Source: Chiloscyllium plagiosum (Eukaryota). From it: a DNA stretch of 64,000 bases. The stretch is taken from assembly GCF_004010195.1 (NCBI RefSeq), contig NC_057715.1, forward strand, positions 93,608,456 through 93,672,455, written 5' to 3'. This document shows positions 60,585 through 64,000 of this stretch, piece by piece. Positions within the stretch are counted from its first letter, which is position 1, and each line of letters begins with the position of its first letter. Made by a program: the position numbers and the translations under genes. A model generated the notes under the pieces. It was not told the DNA's origin, did no database searches, and worked only from the letters and a program-made list of their open reading frames with translations.

Positions 60585-61064
60585 GTTAAAAATCACACAA
60601 CACCAGGTTATAGTCCCACAGATTTATTTGGAAGCACTAGCTTTCGAAGCGCTGTTCCTTCATCAGGTAGCTGTGCAGTAGGATCATATGACACAGAATT
60701 TATAGGAAAAGATCACAGTGTCATGCAACCAAAACAATACAGTATATTGAACAAACGTAGATTGCTGTTAAGTTTTTATCTTTCAGAATGGTTTGCAGGT
60801 CTCGTTTGCAGAAACCAAAATCTGCAACCCATTCTAAAAGGTGAAAGACTTAACAGCAATCTAGTTTGTTCAATATATCGTTTCTGTTGCATGATACTGA
60901 TCTTTTCCTATAAATTCTGTGTCTTATGATCCTGCTGTACATCTACCTGATGAAGGAGCAGCACTCCAAAAGCTAGCACTTCCAAATAAACCTGTTGGAC
61001 TATAACCTGGTGTTGTGTAATTTTTAACTTTGTCTGCCCCACTCCAACACCAGCACCTCCACAT
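60585..61064. mobile_element. Large fold-back PLE mini-element (family B) with 13-bp TSD
   Basis: caaatcctcttaa at 60572-60584 and 61065-61077; imperfect inverted arms of roughly 210 bp, each with a hammerhead-derived motif. Confidence 0.85.
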
Positions 61065-62076
61065 CAAATCCTCTTAAATGATGGTAGAGCTGGAATGATT
61101 CAGGCAAGTATCCAATCCATACAGCATACTCCTGACGTCCCTTGTAGTTGGTGGACTGGTCATAGACTGGCAATTACACACTCCAGAATCCCTGACCATT
61201 AAACTTGTCCAGTAACTGCAGAATTTATATGTCTAGTCCAGTTATATTTCTGGTCAATGGTAATCCCCAGGATGTTGATGCTGGGTTTCATGATGGCAAT
61301 GCTGTTGACTGTCAAGGAACGGGAGGTTTGGTTATTTTTGAAGCCACTCATTACCTGGCTGTGTGATAATTAACATTCACAGTATACTTATCAGCACAAT
61401 GTTGTCCAGATCTTTTTGCATATAAACACCAATTGCTTCAGTATCTGAGATGTTGCAGATGGGACTGAACGTCATGTCATTGTGCTTTGAACAAATGACT
61501 CTTTTCTAATCTGTATGTGAGTCTTCTGTTTTAGTTTAATTCCTATTACTGTGCTTGTTTGAATCTTTCATTTGAAATCATCTTTTCCTGATAGTTCTGC
61601 TCATTTTCTCCTCACTTTGAAAGTGTTGTCACAAACATTTGGATTTTGGTCTTTGAGTATGTAACATGTGGGTTTTCTATGTGTCTGAAATTGATAAATA
61701 ACTTGTAAGTATTTTTGTAGCCATGGTGATTTTTTGAAAGTAGCTTTTGTGGCTTAAGTTTAGAATTAATGATTTTTTAGTGTATACTGGTTGAGTGTTA
61801 CAACCAAACAAGATAAACAAATTCTAGTTTAGAAGGTCAGGAGGGGATTTGTTAAGGATTAAAGGAAATGCCTATAGCTCAGATACTTGTATTTTTAGTT
61901 TATTTTGAGATTTGAGCAGACCTGTGAAGTGCTTAACTGAAGATGGCTGAGTAAACCAGTGCTTCTGAGAATGGAAAGAAATTGAATTACCTTAGAGCAA
62001 AGAATTAGTGCTCGCTCCAGACTAAATTAAAACCATGAAGGAGTTACTTGAAGATTCTTCACTTAAACTCACTTTA

Positions 62077-62366
62077 AGGACGCAGTGGCTCAGTGGTTAG
62101 CACTGCTGCCTCACAGCACCAGGGTCCCAGGTTTGATTCCAGCCTTGGGTGACCGTCGATGTGAAGTTTGCACATTCTCCCTGTGTCTGCGTGGGTTTGC
62201 TCTGGTTTCCTCCCACAGTCCAAAGATGTGCAGGTGAGGTGAATTGGCCATGGTAAATTGCCCATAGTGTTAGGTGCATTAGTCAGAGGGAAATGGGTCT
62301 GGGTGGGTTACTCTTCGGAGGGTCTGATTGGACCGAAGGGCCTGTTTCCACACTGTAAGGAATCTT
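62077..62366 (+). mobile_element. HE1-like SINE
   Basis: Same head, body and tail as 47524-47846. Confidence 0.8.
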
Positions 62367-64000
62367 AAAAAAAAAACTCGGGTGCATGTTTAGCTCCAGG
62401 AAGAGTCAACCTGCAGTTTCAGTCTAAAAGTTGAAACTTAAATTTACAGATGTGTCAGAGACAGGGACCTTGGTGTGAGTACTGAAAGACTAGTACTTTT
62501 AGGTACTATCCAAAATGCGATTTTCAATGCTGTACCAGCTATGTGTTTGGCTACTATACAAAAGCTCTTATTTTTATTTTCAATTTATAGAGGAGTATTT
62601 GGTTATTAATGGGATTATACTTCTAAAGTATATTTAAATATCATTGAATTTGTGTTGTTTTTTATTCAAACTTATCATCATTTTATTTGTTAATAAACTT
62701 TTGTTTTATTGTTAAAGCAAAATCTGTAATATTGAGTGTTTGTGTTTCATCAAATGACAACTTAGTTAAAACCAAAACAAAACCAAACATGAATTTTCAT
62801 GCAGGTTTCAATCTGGGATGTGAGTTGGCCAGCAATAACATCAGCTGTGATCATAAAACAGGGTGTCCCTAAATAGATTGGAGCCATTGAATGTGACTGT
62901 GTATTAGTGTCTGTTCTTGTAGCTGATTGGAACATGAGATTTCATTAGTTTTTCTGCTAATAAAAAAGTCATGGAATATCTTTACTCGGTTATAGTGCAT
63001 ATATTCAGTCTGCAAGCTATATTATAAGCTTTACCAAAGATAATTTAGGATTTAAATTGTTAAATATTAGGAGCAAGACTGTGATGTTTGCCTTTAGCAC
63101 AATTATTTGTTTGGAGAGGTCTGATAGAATTGTATAAAAACACAAAATCCTTTGATCAAAAAAAACCTGATCATTGTAATTAGAAAGCATTGATTTAAGG
63201 TTGTAACTAACAGAAAATGAGAGTCTTCGAATAAAGTTATAGGAACTGGAACAGGAGTGAACCATTCAGCATATCAAATCCTTTCCATCACACAGTGTGA
63301 AAATGGCGGATTTGTTGTCTAAATCAGTTCATCTTCCTTGGCTGCATATTTATTAATACCAGAAGCTGGCAAATATCTTATTCTAAAATAAGGAGGGAAA
63401 TAAATTGTTGGTGGGGTTTATTTGAAAGAGAATAAATTATAAACATATTATAAACTCTTTCGAAAACACTTAGAATGCTGTGAAGGGTTTGGTCCCCTTA
63501 TCTAATGAAAAACATATTGGCATTGGATGTAGATCAGAAAAAAATTACTATATTGATCCTGGGTAGTGAGGGATTATCTTATAAGGAGCAGTTGTATAGA
63601 TTGAGTCCTGCACTCATTGAAGTTTAGAAGAATGAGAGAGAGTTTATTGAAACCTGGGAGGTTCTTAGGGGACTTGACAGGGTTGATGCAGAGAGGTTTT
63701 CTGTCTTTGAAGAAAAGACCAGGACCAAAGGGCATAATCTCAGAGTAAGGAGTCACTCATTTAAGACAGAGATGAGGAGGACTTTCTTCTGTGAGGCTAG
63801 TGTATCTTGGAATACTTTACCTCAGAAAGCTGTCAAAGCTGGATTGTTAAGAATATTTAAGGCTGAGAGAGACCGTTTGTAATCAGCAATGGGATGGAGG
63901 GTAATAGAACAAAGGCAGGAAAATGCAGTTGAGGATTATCAGACTGATCTCATTGAATGGTGAAGTAGACTCAATGGATTGAATGGCTTATTTCTGCTCC

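Noticed and set aside
61480-62870. Possible LTR-retrotransposon remnant
   Set aside because: Only a vague resemblance; no paired LTRs, primer-binding site or recognisable ORF that I can support.
1-64000. CRISPR arrays or prokaryotic operons
   Set aside because: No regularly spaced direct repeats; the sequence is intron-rich vertebrate DNA.

Overview
Eukaryotic vertebrate genomic DNA, almost certainly a shark or other elasmobranch (HE1-like V-SINEs, HER1/CR1 LINEs and Penelope-like elements dominate the non-coding space). Two complete spliced genes lie on the + strand, and I assembled both exon by exon with consistent intron phases. CKAP2 has 9 coding exons (1618-18612, 789 aa) behind a CpG-rich promoter with CHR, CCAAT and MYB motifs. 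NEK3 has 15 coding exons (26861-53102, 513 aa) and two consecutive GC-AG introns. A CpG-richer patch with an RFX X-box at about 59.4 kb may be the promoter of the next gene (NEK5 by tetrapod synteny; no coding exon is visible). The most striking unexplained structure is a dense population of Penelope-like element (PLE) termini in three sequence families. They carry minimal hammerhead-ribozyme cores (CTGANGA-stem II-GAAA). They occur as solo 120-130 bp inserts and as 150-480 bp fold-back mini-elements with 12-17 bp target-site duplications and family-fixed inversion end points. Several intact-looking ribozyme cores lie in sense orientation in introns or just downstream of a poly(A) signal. There is a 926-nt assembly gap at 14402-15327. 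All calls were made by eye and no database searches were run. Repeat boundaries are approximate.
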